Positions 30,668 to 45,000 of a stretch of 64,000 nt of DNA are shown here, piece by piece. The position numbers and the translations under genes were made by a program. Below the pieces are notes generated by a model. That model saw nothing but the letters and a program-made list of their open reading frames with translations, was not told where the DNA came from and ran no database searches. Source of the stretch: the human T2T-CHM13v2.0 reference genome, Homo sapiens. The stretch lies in NCBI RefSeq assembly GCF_009914755.1, contig NC_060929.1; one strand, written 5' to 3'. The first letter of the stretch is position 1. Each line of letters begins with the position of its first letter.

Positions 30668-31990
30668 GAAAAAGAAATAAAAGGAATCCAAATTGAAAAC
30701 CAAAAAGTAAAACCATCCCTGTTTAGAGATGACATGATCCTCTACATAGAATATCCTAAGGCCTCTATAACAAAACATGTTAGAACTAATAAATAAATTT
30801 AACAAAGTAGAAAGATTCAAAATCAACATAAACTAACTCTATTTATTTACACCAATAATAATCTATCCAAAAAAGGAAATTAAGACAAAATTCCTATTTA
30901 CAATAATACCAAAATGAATAAGATATTTAGAAATAAATTTAAACAAGAATTTAAAAGTCCTGTAAATGAATAAGACATGTAGAAATAAATTTAAACAGGA
31001 ATGTAAAAGGCCTGTACACTGGAAACTATAATACATTGATTAAATAAATTGAGGGACAAAAAAATAAAGGGAAAGATAATCAATTTTTATAAATTGGAAG
31101 AACTAATATGTTAAAATATCCAGATAGCCCAAAATGATCTACATATTCAATACAAGCCCATCAAAATTGCAATGGCACTTTTCACAGAACATTTTTAAAA
31201 AATATAAAATTTGTATAGAATTTTTAAAGACAGAATAGCCAAAGCAATCTTGAGCAAGAAACAAAAAGTTGGAGAAATTACACTAATTTTAAATACAAAG
31301 ACATAATAATCAAAAGAGTGTGGTACTGACATTAAAAAAAAGACAAATACACCAATAGAACAGAATAGAGGGCCTCAAAATAAACACATGTATTTATGAT
31401 TTACTACTTTTCCACATGTCCACCAAGAAGATACAGTGGGAAAAAATATAGTCTCTTGAATAAATGGTAGTGGGAAAATCAGATATCCACATGAAAAGAA
31501 TGAAACTGGATTTTTATCTTACACCATATGCAATGATCAACTCAAAATGGATTAAAAGCATAAACATATGAACTGAAATAATAAAACTACTAAAAATTAA
31601 ATAAAAAATATGCTTCTCAGTGTTGGCCTTGACAATGATTTGTTTGGATATGACATCAACAGCACAGACAACAAAAGCAAAAATAAACATGTGGGACTAC
31701 ATCAAGCTAAAAAGCTTCTGCACAGCCTGAGAAACATCAACAAAATAAAAACGTAGCTTATGGATTAGGAAAAAGTATTTGCAACCACTTATGTGATAAG
31801 GAATTAATATCAACAATATATTATCTGATAAGGGATTAGTATCCAAAATATATAAAAAAATATATAAGGAATATATAAGGAACTCAAACCACTCAATAAC
31901 AAAAAAATTAAAAATATAAAATAACCCTACTAAAAAACTGGCAAAGGACCTGCATAAAACTGAGACCTAAAAATGGCCAACGGGTAGATT
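30668..31990 (+). mobile_element. Old L1M(A/B) ORF2 internal fragment
   Basis: ctgtttagagatgacatgatc (FADD region) to gggactacatcaagctaaaaagcttctgcacagc; internal 52-bp tandem duplication at 30913-31016. Confidence 0.85.
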
Positions 31991-32087
31991 AAAGGGGAGT
32001 TTTTTCCTTAGGACAAATCTTACAAAACTCCTCCTTCTTTCTATTGAATTTGTGGTGTCTTCCTTCAAAGCTAGTTTGACAAATTGC

Positions 32088-32545
32088 TTTTTTTTCTCAG
32101 CTTTATTGAGGTATAATTGACAAAAATTATATATAGTCAAGGTGTGCAATGTGATGCTCTGATATGCAAATACATTGTATAATGTTTACCACATTCAAAT
32201 TAACTAACACATCCACCAAGATACATAGTTACCAGTTTGCATGTGTCTGTGGATGTGTGGTAAGGACACTTACGATTTACTCTCTTGGTAAATTTTAAAT
32301 ATACAATACAGTATTATTAATTAATTATATTAATATTATTAGTATTATTAATAAGTATTATTATTAGTATTATCATTATAGTCACCATGCTGCATATTAG
32401 ACTCCAAGAACTTACTCATCTTATAACTGAATGTTTGCAGTCCTTGACCAACACCTTCCCATAGTTCTCACCCCACAGTCTTTGCAACCAACTCTCTCCT
32501 ACTGTGTTTCTGTGAGTTTGACTTTTAATGTATTTCACTGTAGTA
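32088..32545 (-). mobile_element. L1MA8/9-like 3' end with an AT-rich expansion at 32310-32378
   Basis: cagctttattgaggtataattgacaaaaatt...atagtcaccatgctgcatattaga. Confidence 0.8.
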
Positions 32546-33499
32546 GTCAATGTATTAACTAGGTAGCTCCCATCTAGTCGGTATACTTTAGTGAGCAACC
32601 AGTGCTATATGGATCAAAAGAGCCATTTCAGGGAAAATAAATAAACCCTTTGTGAGTTCCAATTTAACCTTAGCCTAGGAATTAGCAGCTCACTGTATCA
32701 ATGACATCCATGGCATTACATATAATAAAATTGAAGGTAAATATAAGCAGATAAGTATTTGATGACCTGATTTTGAATGCCATTTTAAGTGATTTTTAAA
32801 TGATGACCTGATTTTAAATGTGATTTTTAAAATCACATGAAATCCATCATCCTACTTTTTAAGCTTTTTTATTTCCTACCGTGCATTGATATTGAATCCA
32901 TTCAAATTCTTATACACTAATTATATACCTTTTTCCTTTAGATTAACTAATTTAGCTTAACTTTGATTTTAACAAAAAAAAAATTTGGCTTGAGAAATAT
33001 ATTATATAAATATATCTTCACAGCATAACAGACTTGAACAGACTCTGAGACTCACCTTATTTGAGAAGCCACAAAGCACCGGAAGGACTTTACCAGTAAG
33101 GAGACTATATAATGTAAGGGTAGTGTTGTAGCCAATTGACCAATTCAGGATTGCTAAATATTCTTTCTCACTTCTCATAAATTACAGACAAATTAATAAG
33201 CAATAGCAATCAGAGACTCACCCAGTAATTCAAATTAGTTTTTTATATCTTATGTGGACTCCAAGGTCATTTCGGAACAACAGCTCACACAAATAAATAA
33301 ATAATAAAGGATTTGAAAGTTCTTTGTCAAATGGGATTCATTAGTACCATTATTTCTGTAAGAAATAGTACCATTATCTCTTTATGGGTTCAGAAGATTA
33401 GTCAGAATATATTTTGCTAATATATTTAGAGTACATATATAGAATATATTTAAAATATTTAGCAATGTAATGTATATATCTGCAGTATTTTACCTATCA

Positions 33500-35150
33500 T
33501 ACAATCTAAGAAGTAAAGCCATACCTATCACTGTTCTCTGTCTATTGGCCTCTCATGTATTTCCACTGCTTGACTCCTCTGAAACCACTGTCTGAAATTT
33601 TCTGTTTATCAATCCATTGCTTACAAAAGTATATATGTTTAATATGCATACATAAGTATATATATTATGTGATATGTAAATACATGCTTTATCATGTAAA
33701 TGTTATGATATATAATCTATAATATAGGATACATATATCACAAATGAATATGTATAATTTATCATATATATGAAAGTTTGTATTATATATAACAGTATAT
33801 AACATATGCCATGTATATCACATATAAATTGATATAAAATCTGCTTTATCATCTACACATATTTTATTATATGTACCTTAATGTGTATATATAATATATC
33901 ATATATACCATATATACATGTGTTTAAATATGTTTATATATATCTGAAGAAATGTAACATTTGTTTTGAATTTATAAAGAGGCTGTCATATTGAATATAC
34001 TCCTCTAGAACTTGATATTTTCTTACTAGTCACTTACATTCAACAAAGTTTTCTCCCTTTTTTTTTTTGGTAAAATTTACTTCTAGTATCCTTTCTTTAT
34101 CTTCTTAATTATGCCTATTTTTGAATCATTATACTGTCCCTGTCTTCTATCATTTTTGTGGACCAATTTTGTCATCAATATGTCTACTCTGTAATTTAAT
34201 AAATAACTTTGGTTTTGTTGTTTACTGTTTCCTGATCTTTTGATTATTTTCTCATTTCCTTTACTTTCTTTCAATTTATTCTATTGTTACTTTCTTAATT
34301 CTTAAGTTGAAAACCCAGTCTGTTGATTTGCTGTTATTCTTCTTTCATAGTATAAACATTCAGAGCTTTAGGTTTTATTCAAATCATCAGTTTCACTTAC
34401 TACACAAATTTTGATGTGATGGATTTTTTGTAATTCCTTTCTACATGGTTTAAAAGTCCATCATTTCTTTAACTCGTATGTTAAATAGAATATATTTAAC
34501 ATTCCAAATATATATTTTACATTAAATTTTCATTATAAACTTCTAATTTAATTTTATTGTGCTCTGAAAATATAGTCTGTATAATACAAATTATTTGAAT
34601 TTTACATTGCTATATAAAGAATTATGCAATAAATTTATATAAAATTTCCATATGTACTCTAAACTTCCACATTAAGCTCATGAACGTTGTTTAAATCTTT
34701 ATGTCTTTTCTTCCCCTTCTCCTTTTTCTCCCACCTGACACCTGTCTGCTCTCTCTCTTCCTTCTTCTCTGGTTCAATAATCAATAACTGAGATACACAT
34801 GAGAGAATCATCCACTGCTATTTTGGTAGACTTTTTAGTTTCTCACTCTTATTTTAATCAATATTTTACTTTTATCTTTATAATTTTGATAGGTCCATCA
34901 ATATTTGTGATCTTTATCTTTCAGATGAATTTAACATTGTCATTATGTAGTCATTAACATAGCTATATGAATTATTTGCTTAATTAATATTTACCAAATT
35001 TTAAATCTTCAGTCTTTCTGTTTTCAGAATTAAATTATATTATTTGTAGAAAGACCATCACTGATTTCTTTTTAAAATAAAATCTGACAATCTTGTATAA
35101 TTTAAGTATTCTTGTTGTAGATTAATATATCTTCTCAGCACTGTTTCCAG
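33500..35150 (-). mobile_element. Very old L1ME fragments with a (TA)-rich low-complexity tract at ~33620-33945
   Basis: T-rich, diverged L1-like segments. Confidence 0.4.
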
Positions 35151-35636
35151 TTATCAATCTCTCTACTCATGAAAATTAAGAAATTCTTCCTATGATATAC
35201 ATTACTGACTTTATATATTAAGTAAACAGATTGTTTTCTTAAAGAAATGTTTATTACTAAAATAGTCACCATTTTCACAGAATACTTTGAGATGATTTGA
35301 AATTAATATTCACAAAAATTCTATTTACCTCTACATTTAATGACTATTAGTCAAGTCGTAATTTTACTGTCTATAAGGATTCTTAAGATGTGGGTCTTAT
35401 TCTCAAGGCATTTATCATCCAGTTAACGTTCTCAATCCATGCAAGTCTCTGAGAAGTCAATCTATTTAAAGTGGATCTTAACAAACTATCATATTAAACA
35501 CCTGTCTAATCATGTTCTCGTCAACATCATAGCCATCGTTATCAGTATTCACCATCCTTCACTGACTTTTATTGAGCTCACTGCAGTATGAGTGTGTAAT
35601 GCTATTTATGCTATTAAAATATTTACCATATATACA

Positions 35637-36130
35637 TGTAGGAGAGAAAAAGTGTATCTTTTTCTCACTTGTTGCCAAATTCATGGCTGAGACACCTATA
35701 ATAAAAGATAAAATAATAAGAGAAATATCAGTTTTATGGGACATGAGAGCCTTCGGAAATGAAGACCCAAATAAATAGATTAGTCTGCATATTTTTATGA
35801 GCAATCAGGTAGAAGTATGATTGGAGGACAAAAGGGAATGATCTAATGGTAATACACCGCAGGGAACTGAGCAGTGTATCTGAGTTGGTTCAGATTGTTC
35901 TTTGTATCGCGTGGTCTTTAGAGATAAGGACATTCTTTTCCTCTGAATATAGGAGGACCACCTCTGGAATGAGTGTCTATGACCCACTTTAGAGAAAGGT
36001 CAAAGAATTCTTTTCTGGCCTACTTCAGGGGAAATTGATAGAAGAAGGTCAGAGAGACTTTCATGCTTCTGTTCATTTCTCAAATTCCTTCAGCTTAAAA
36101 TACTCAGTATGCCAAGTAGCCATATTTTGA
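35637..36130 (-). mobile_element. ERV1 (MER4-group, MER66/67-like) LTR with its 5' tip missing
   Basis: tgtaggagagaaaaa terminus and ttctcaaattccttcagcttaaaatactcagtatgccaag. Confidence 0.6.
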
Positions 36131-37029
36131 AATATATTTTAAATTTAAAAAGGCATATATTTGAAATTATTATATTTCTGTACACTTTGACTAAAAATAG
36201 TCAAAGGCTTTTCATGATTTATTAAGTGAAATGATCGTAGGCAAAAATTCAAATTTCTCCTCAAAATCATGATATGTATTCTGACCAATCTCTCCACTAT
36301 AGAAATTTATCCTATACCTTCAATATTCCTTAGTGCCTTCCACATCATCCCAAACTCACTGTTATTCATTCTTTTCCATAATTTTAATTATTTATTTAGT
36401 ACTCCATACACTATGCATTTAATGTAGTAGCTACCATAGTGAGCAAAACAGTTTTGATCCCTAGCCTAATAAAACTTTCAGTTTTGTTAAACATTCTTAT
36501 TCTAACTCATTCCGTCAAAAATTCTACTACTCTCTTAAGCTATCGTATCAGTAAGATTTTAAGAACTATAAAGAAGAAAATTCAAAAACCATACCCAATT
36601 TCTCCTCTAGATATAATCACTATTAAAACCCTAAGCAGTTTTCAAGCTCAATTAAAAGTCAACGATTGCCAAATAAATTGCCCTAAATTCTTTGACCAGG
36701 TAAAATATCTCCTTTCTTTTGAATTGTAAAAGCACTTGAAAATTGCCTAATAACACATTATATTTTGTCTTGTATTATAAATATCTATATATTTGTTTTT
36801 TATTGTTATCCTAGAATCTTGAGATTTGAGACCTTTTATTTGATACTTAGCAAATAGTACTTATCCTATAAATATTTGTGCAGTTTAATTTACTTGGTGG
36901 TGTTTCTCCACTACTTTCTTTATACCACTTTACATAACACTTTATTTAGACTTCAGATATTTGGTCATGAGATAAAAATTGCACAGATTAAAGAGAAAAT
37001 TCATAAGCATGACTTAAGTATGCATACAA

Positions 37030-37250
37030 TGTGGTTTAGTAGTTAAAACTGTTTCAAGAATCTGACAGTCAATATACAATTTCCAAATGTGTCAAAAATT
37101 TCAGATTTTACAGCAAAACCTGTATTTCCTCATATATAAAATAAATATGGTAAACATCTCCCTTATACCATTGTTTTAAGAATTGAATGAGGTTAAGCAG
37201 GTAAGAGGCTAGCATGCTTTAAGTATAATACATTATAAAGACAGTTTTTA
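37030..37250 (+). mobile_element. MIR
   Basis: gtggtttagtagttaa...cctgtatttcctcatatataaaat...aagaattgaatgag. Confidence 0.55.
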
Positions 37251-37359
37251 TTATCTTGTTAATTTATTATTTTACATCAAGTCAATTTGGTTTTGTATCA
37301 TTCAAATATGGATATGTGTGTGTGTGTGTGTGTCAGTATACTTAAAGCACAAGTGGAAT

Positions 37360-37954
37360 TTGTACTGTGTTTGAAATCCATACAGGTTTTTAAGTTGCCT
37401 CTGCCAATACTCTCCAGCCAAAGACCGTAAGAAACACTCCACAGGGAATAATGAGGCTTCTCATTTAGGGAATCTTAGAAAGTATGTATAAGATTTAAAC
37501 TTGTGGTAGGTGATTTGGGAGTGATAGAGGAAGCATAGCTTGCCTATAGTTTATGTGTCGTTCGGAAGCGAGAGTAAATTTAGATTGGGAATAACAATAA
37601 TGTGTATCTAGAAGGAAAGAGGATTAGAGTGAGGCCAAATGAAATTAGCAAAGAAACAGCTTTCAAGCTATTAACTATCATTTGGTTATTTTTATGCTTA
37701 GGAAAATAGTAATGTTTGTTGTTAGTTGTCAGACTTGATTACACAGAGTTTTGTTTTTTTTTTTTTCTTATTGATCTATTATGGTCACAGAGTGGCCTTG
37801 TTTGATGATATTCTGTGAAATGCCTTATGTTCACCAAGAGAACACCAAGGCATTGAGGGCCAGGCTGACAGCTCTTTGCAACATGAAGGACAAGCAGATT
37901 GTACTCAGCCAGGCTGTGGCTCTTAGTGTTGTTTTTCTCTGTTACCTGTCAACA
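37360..37954. mobile_element. Old LTR (MER76-like, uncertain)
   Basis: tgt...aaca termini and LTR-like composition. Confidence 0.35.
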
Positions 37955-38851
37955 AAACTTCACATATTCATTCCAAAACAGTTAGTTGCTAAGGTAGAAA
38001 GTGTAATAACACTGATCAAAACTGGAAACAAATTCTTAACAAATGCAACTTATTTTTTCTTTTCTTTCATGGACTTTATTATAAAATAGTAGGTGTAAAC
38101 ATTGATCAAAATTTTCTAAACAACTATGATATTGCACCTGTATCAATTGCTACAAAGGAGAGGTAAATGGTGGTATGGTAACTAACAGAAAGCGAGGTTA
38201 GCTAACACTATACTGGAAATTACCAAAGATTTATCAGAGGAAGTCACAACTTATTTGAGATCTAAAAAAAGGAAAAAGAGGTAACAAAGTAAACAAGGAA
38301 AGGAACAGTACTCCAGAGAGAGAGAACATATCTAAAAACATCCTGTATCCTGTGTGCCAGCACTGAAGATTGGTGTAAGAAGAAAAAAAGCCATAGGTAG
38401 AGTCAAATCATATGTGTATTTGACAGAGGTCCAGATGAGAGGCTAATAATAGCTGAAAAAATGGGATGATGGCCAGAGAGGAAAAAGAAGATAGATACAA
38501 GTATATTTAAGCATTAAACATGGATAATATTAAATTGACATATTTAATAACTAATTAGTCAAAATAGAGACTCCTAATTTTTTGATTTGAGGAATTGTGC
38601 TTATAGTGTCAATCACTTATTTAGGGAAGAACGATAATGTATCATTTTTAGGAGGAGAGAAAAAAATTAATTCCTGCATAAGATGGAATCTCAAATGGTT
38701 TAGAATCAGTTAATCTCATGTGGGCCCCAGAATAAACAGATCTACAACTCATAGAAAATGATAGGGCTAGAGATATGAATTTAAGAATGGACTGTAAATG
38801 AAAATTAAATTCATTTTGTGAGTTTTGCCCTTGTTAAATAGGTTTTGCTTA

Positions 38852-39171
<320 letters not shown>

Positions 39172-39664
39172 AAGGTTAGCCTAAAAATTAAACTGATGTC
39201 CTCAGATCTTTAGAGTGAATCTGAAACTCTAAATCAAATAAAGAATTATTAACTTCTGTTTAAGATGTTGGAATAAGATCTCTGGGATCAGGTGAGTGCT
39301 AGGAAAAAAAGCTGAAGTTCTCCCAGCACATCATAGTTTATATATTTAATCTGTTAAACCAGATTATGTGGTTTTCAGTGGAAATGTTTTTCTTTGAGGC
39401 GAAGACTAACAAAGGTGGTCTAAGGCAACAACCGAGTGTACCGTCTATTGAAACCTCTCCTTTCTTAGGCCTTCTTGCTCGCATTTTTTTCTTCTTCCAT
39501 GTAAAAGACTTCTGACATTCTTTGTTATTGGTTTTATGATCAGGTCTGTCTTGGTACCTGTAAACAAGAACCATACCAGAAATATATTGGTTGTGTTCAC
39601 AAGAGTATTGTATTTACAAGAGTCTAGGCATATATACATATATATTTGCAAACTATATATTTGA

Positions 39665-41808
39665 TAAAGAGGCTCAATTTATTCACAGTTATGTAGGCCT
39701 AACAGGAAACATGACTGGGGGGGTCCCAGGAAGCTTACAATCATAGTGGAAGGTGAAAGGCAACCAGGCAAAACTTACCATGGTGGCAGGAGAGAGAGAA
39801 AGTAAAGGGGAAATTGCCACACACATTTAAACCATCAGATCTCATGAGAACTCACTCAGTATCATAAGAACAGACAGGAGGACATCTGACCCTATGATCA
39901 GTCACCTCCCACCAGGCCCCACCTCCAATTTGACATGAGATTTGGTTGTGGACACAAATCCAAACACTGTCATTCTGCCTCTGGTGCCTCCAAAACTTCA
40001 TGTGCTTCTCACATTGCAAAATACTATTATCCCTTCTCAAAGAGTCCCCCTGTCTTAACTCACTTCAGCATTAACTTAAAAGTTCACAGTCCAAAGCCTC
40101 ATGTGAGCGAGGTAAGTCCCTTCTGCCTGTGAGCCTAGACCATTAAAAAAAATTTAGTTACTTTCAAGATACAGTGGGGTTACAGGCAAGCATTGTGTAA
40201 ATTCTTTCATTTCCCATGGGAGAAATTGGCCAAAACAAAGGGGCTACTAGCTCCATGCAAGTCAAAACCACTCAGGACTGTCATTAAATCTTAAAGTTCC
40301 AAAGTAATCTCCTTTGACTCCATGTCTCACATCGAGGGCAAACTGATGCAAGATGTGGGCTCCCTAGGCCTTGTGCAGCTCCATCCCTGTGCCTCTGCAG
40401 TGTACACCCCCTGCAGCTGATTTCTCAGGCTGGCATTGAGTGCCTGCATCTTTTCCAGGTGAACAGTGCAAGCTACTGGTGGATCTAGCACTCTAGTGTC
40501 TGCAAGATAATTGCCCTCTTCTCACAGCTCCACTAGGCAGTGGGGATTCCACGTGGGGACTCCAACCCCAAATTTCCCCTCTACATTGCCCTTGTAGAGG
40601 TTCTCCATGAGGACTCTGCCCTAGCAGCAGACTTCTGCCTGGACATCCAGGCATTTTCATATATCCTCTGAAATCTAGGTGGAAGTTCCCATACCTCAAC
40701 TTTCCATCCCTGTGCTCCTGCAGGCCCAACACCACGTGGAAGCTGACAAGGCTTGGGGTTGGCACCCTCTAAAGCAACAGCCAGAGCTGTACATTGCCTC
40801 CTTTTGGTCACAGCTGAAGTTGGAGTGGCTGGGACCCAGCGCACTATATCCCGAGGCTGCAAAGAGCAGCAGGACCCTCCTGGGTCTGGCCCATGAAATC
40901 ATGTTTCCCTCCTAGGCCTCCAGGCCTGTGATGGGAGGGGCTACTGCAAAGGTCTCCGAGGCATTTTCCCCACTGTCTTGGTTATTAACATTAGTCTTCA
41001 CTTTACTTATGTGTTCTGCTGCCAGCTTGAATTCTCCCTAGAAAATTGGTTTTTCTTTTCTACCACATAAGTGGGCTGCAAATTTTTCAAACTCTTATAC
41101 TCTTCCTCCCTTTTAAATATGAGTTGCAATTTCAGACCTTCTCTTTCTTTATGCAAATGGGCATAGGCTTTTAGGAACAGCAAGGCTACATTTTCAACAC
41201 TTTGCTGCTTAACAATTTCTTCCACCAGTTACACTAAGTTGCACTAAATCACACTAAATCATGTCTTCAAGTTCAAAAGTCAACACATCTTTAGAGCACA
41301 GGCACAAAACTGCCAGTTTTTTGTTTGTTTTGCTTTTTTTTTTTTTTTGCTAAAGCATAGCAAGAGTGACCTTTGCTCCAGTTCCCAGTAAGTTCCTCAT
41401 CTCCACCTCAGCCTGGACTTCTTTGTCCATATCACTATCAGTATTCAAGGTCACAACCATACTCTAGGAAGTTCCAATATTTCCCACATCTTCCTATCTT
41501 CTTCTGAGCCCTCATGACTGTTCCAACCTCTGCCTGTTACCCAGTTCCAAAGTTGCTTCCACATTTTCAGGTATCTGTATAGCAATATCCCACTCCTGGT
41601 GCCAATATTCTGTATTAGTTATTTCTCACAATGCTATAAAGAAGTACCTGAGACTGGGTAATTTATGAAGAAATTTAATTTACTCAGACTTAACAGTAAG
41701 CATTACTGGGAATTTACTCAGACTTAACAGTAAGCATTACTGGGAAGCCTCAGGAAACTTACAATCATGACAGAAGGTGGAGAGAAAGCAGGCATATCTT
41801 ACAATATG

Positions 41809-41850
<42 letters not shown>

Positions 41851-42063
41851 CACACAAAGGGGAAGGTACCATACACTTTTAAACCATCAGATCTCATGAG
41901 AACTCACTCACTATCATGAGAACTCACTCACTATCATGAGAACTCACTCACTATCATGAGAACAGCAATGGGAAATCTACCCCCTTAGTCCAGTCATCTC
42001 CTACCAGGCCCTTCTTCTAATTAGACATGAGATTTGGGCGGTGACACAAATCCAAACGTATCA
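39665..42063 (-). mobile_element. MST (MSTA-like) MaLR provirus: 3' LTR ~39665-39972 (terminal ~55 bp lost), internal 39973-41610, 5' LTR 41611-42063
   Basis: Two direct LTR copies ending gacacaaatccaaac...tca; the internal region is homologous to the THE1-int at 12572-17256. Confidence 0.92.
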
Positions 42064-45000
42064 GTACATGACTACAAGGAATATAGTAGTAAATCAGTTT
42101 GTTACCGTATCAGAATAACTTTAAAACAAATGGTTTCTTGTTAGAATTTTTGTTTAAACTAATGATGTAATATTTATTGACTAACAATTTATGACATAGA
42201 GAAGCATTCAAATCATTTTTCTTATTCATTTATTTCATTTTTTCATTTTCTGTTTCATTGTTAACGTTTTGATCAGGAATGTGTCATCTATGCTTTTATC
42301 TAACTGAAGGATCTATAGTACATTCCCATAATATCCCAGCCATTATTTATGGGCTCTCATTATATTTTTCACACTTAAATTGTTCCTACAGATTACAGGT
42401 GACAGCTTCTTCACAAACAATACAATTCATAACTACTTGAGACCAATGGTAACATTGATTTGCCATTTGTTAGTGGAATCCAAAACCTCTAATAATCCAT
42501 CTATAGTCAGAGCTTTATAAGTAAGATCCTTTTGCCTTGCCCATAAAGTTTTATTTTGGAGGTATAGGGTAATGCCATAATTATTCATTTTTAAAACATT
42601 CTCCAAGTGACTCTGGTACACACTCAAGCTTTTGATTAAAAAATAAACTAAAATGAGCCTGCTCTCTCTAGTCTGAATAGTAACATCATATAGAAAAAAT
42701 ATTTATAGTAAATAAACAAAAGTAAACAGAAAGCAACTATGATTCATAAACTAATAATAAGCTACTATTGGCAAAAGTGTACATTTGAGATCTTGAATAC
42801 TTTTGAATTATTAGGCTCATAGTTCAGTAATAGTTTAAGAGAAAACATGCATTACTAGACTTGAAGAAATGGATGTTTATTTACATTTTAAAAAATACTT
42901 TATATTTCAAGTTTTTTTTCCTGATATGATTCTATTTATTGGAGAATATTTACCTTTTTTCTTTTTTTTAATTAGATACTAGCATACTTAAAAACCTTGG
43001 CAATTTCTGATGAAATATATTATGCCAAGAAAACTATATTGCCAGTACCAAAAAAGTATTAATTGATTTCCACCTGTATCTTCTAAGATGGACCTTTTAA
43101 AATGACTTCTAAAATTCTCTCAGTGTTTTATTAATTGTGCTGTACTTTGGAGTAAAGTTTTAGTTCAGGTAAACTTTTCATTAACAGAAAAGTTAGTCAT
43201 TTACTACCCAGAAATTTTATAAAGTATGACAATGGATATCCTGGTCTTTTGAGCTTTTGATCTCTGAAACATCTTAGTCTTTTTTTTTTTTTCCAAAAGG
43301 AATGTATGATTATATTGTGGCTACTTTCCTTTGGGTAAAATAAATTGTCAATGGTGGCAAATGCTTTTATGTTCCCAGAAATGTAGCATTTGGATTTAGA
43401 AACTGGAGCATGGAGATCATCTTAAATCAAAATAAGTGGTTTTTTGGCAACACTGTGTAGCCAACCAGCTAGTTCTGGCTGCTTTGCCAATACGTTACTT
43501 TGAGAAATGCTTGCAATGTTCTAATCAAATATGTACAAAGTTAAATTAGGAAAGTATAGAAAAATTATTACAATTATTGGGAAAAGGAAATAAAGACAAC
43601 ATAATAAAAAGAAGGATCTCAGTTATTTCACTTTAGCTCACCTTATTTTAATAAAAACAGAGATAGACATATGGAGAGATCATTAACTAGTTTTTGATTC
43701 ATACATATATTAAGAAAATCGTATAACTTATAATGGAGATAAAATATGCACACATTAAACAAATCATGATTCAATAGTTAAATAGAGGCCTAAAGTTCCA
43801 GTGGTCACAGAACAGTATTTGAACTGAAGAATCATGGAGAGCTTCAAGGAGAATAAGTTATTTGTGGAAGTAAATAATTGGTAGGATTAAGCCAATTGTA
43901 ACATTGTATGAAAAGAAGGTCTGTGAGCTTCAAAGGTTAAATGTGATGATATCCACAATCTTTTAATTTAGTTTCATTTAGTTTTCTCCATTTATGTGTC
44001 AGTGATTTTTAAATAGTTAAAAATCTATTAACTGTGCTGTGTGTAGATGATGATCTTTATTCTCGCATCTAAAAACAATAAATAGGAGGTGCAGGAAAAT
44101 GCGATATAATGATACATGTGCATCTTAGGGAAAGTCTAAAAAGATGATCCTTGAGTGTTTAGATAATTCTACCTTTTGGAATCAGATTAATATTTAAGTG
44201 AATTTACTCAATGCAACCACCAATAAATAAAGATGTGCTATCTCTTGCAATTGAGCAAAACATTTACATTAGAATAATGTCACTCAGAGAATTATTGCTA
44301 TTCTCACACCAGAGGATAATCTTTTACATTCTTATCACTCAGCACTAATTTTGTTTCAAAAAGATGAACAAATGACATAATTTAACACAGACATCATACT
44401 GTCAGCATGCAAGTAACTGGTGAAGGCAAAAAGGAGTATATTTCCTGATAATGGGTAAGTTCCACATTTAGGTATCTAAACCTCGTCAAGATTTTAAGTC
44501 TCATTTTGTATGCAGGTAGGAAATTCTAGTGTAGCAGATTTAACATTCTTCTCTAATTTAGTTCAGACTTTGAATTTTCTTCAGAAGAATTGGGTAATTT
44601 TTTGAAGTGTTTAGCTTTGTAATTATTTTATAAATTATAAAACAAAATTCTGTATTTTTTACAACAATCAGATGAAGCAATATGTGAACATAGAAAAGAG
44701 TGATCAGTCACAGATATGAAAAAGAGGTTATCACAAAGACTCTGACTTCAAGGTATTCTTAATAGTCCTATGAACTTCAGCCCATTCATTATCAATTAGT
44801 TTCCATATCTAAACATGGCAGATGGCAAATTGTTCTTCAAACAGTAACACATAATAATTTTAAGAGTCAGGGAACAATAACAGCAGAGAAAAAATCTTTA
44901 GAAAGGTTTTACAGGCAAGCTGAAGTAGTTTCTGGTTTTGAAAGTTCCATTTATCCATATCAGATGAATCATAATCACACACACACACACACACAAATAT

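Noticed and set aside
30668-32545. A single inverted L1 made of the sense and antisense pieces
   Set aside because: The order (sense block before the T-tract) does not fit twin priming, ~100 bp of unrelated sequence separates them, and I see no shared TSD.
41894-41963. CRISPR-like repeat array
   Set aside because: The units are head to tail with no spacers, lie inside an LTR in eukaryotic DNA, and have no cas genes nearby.
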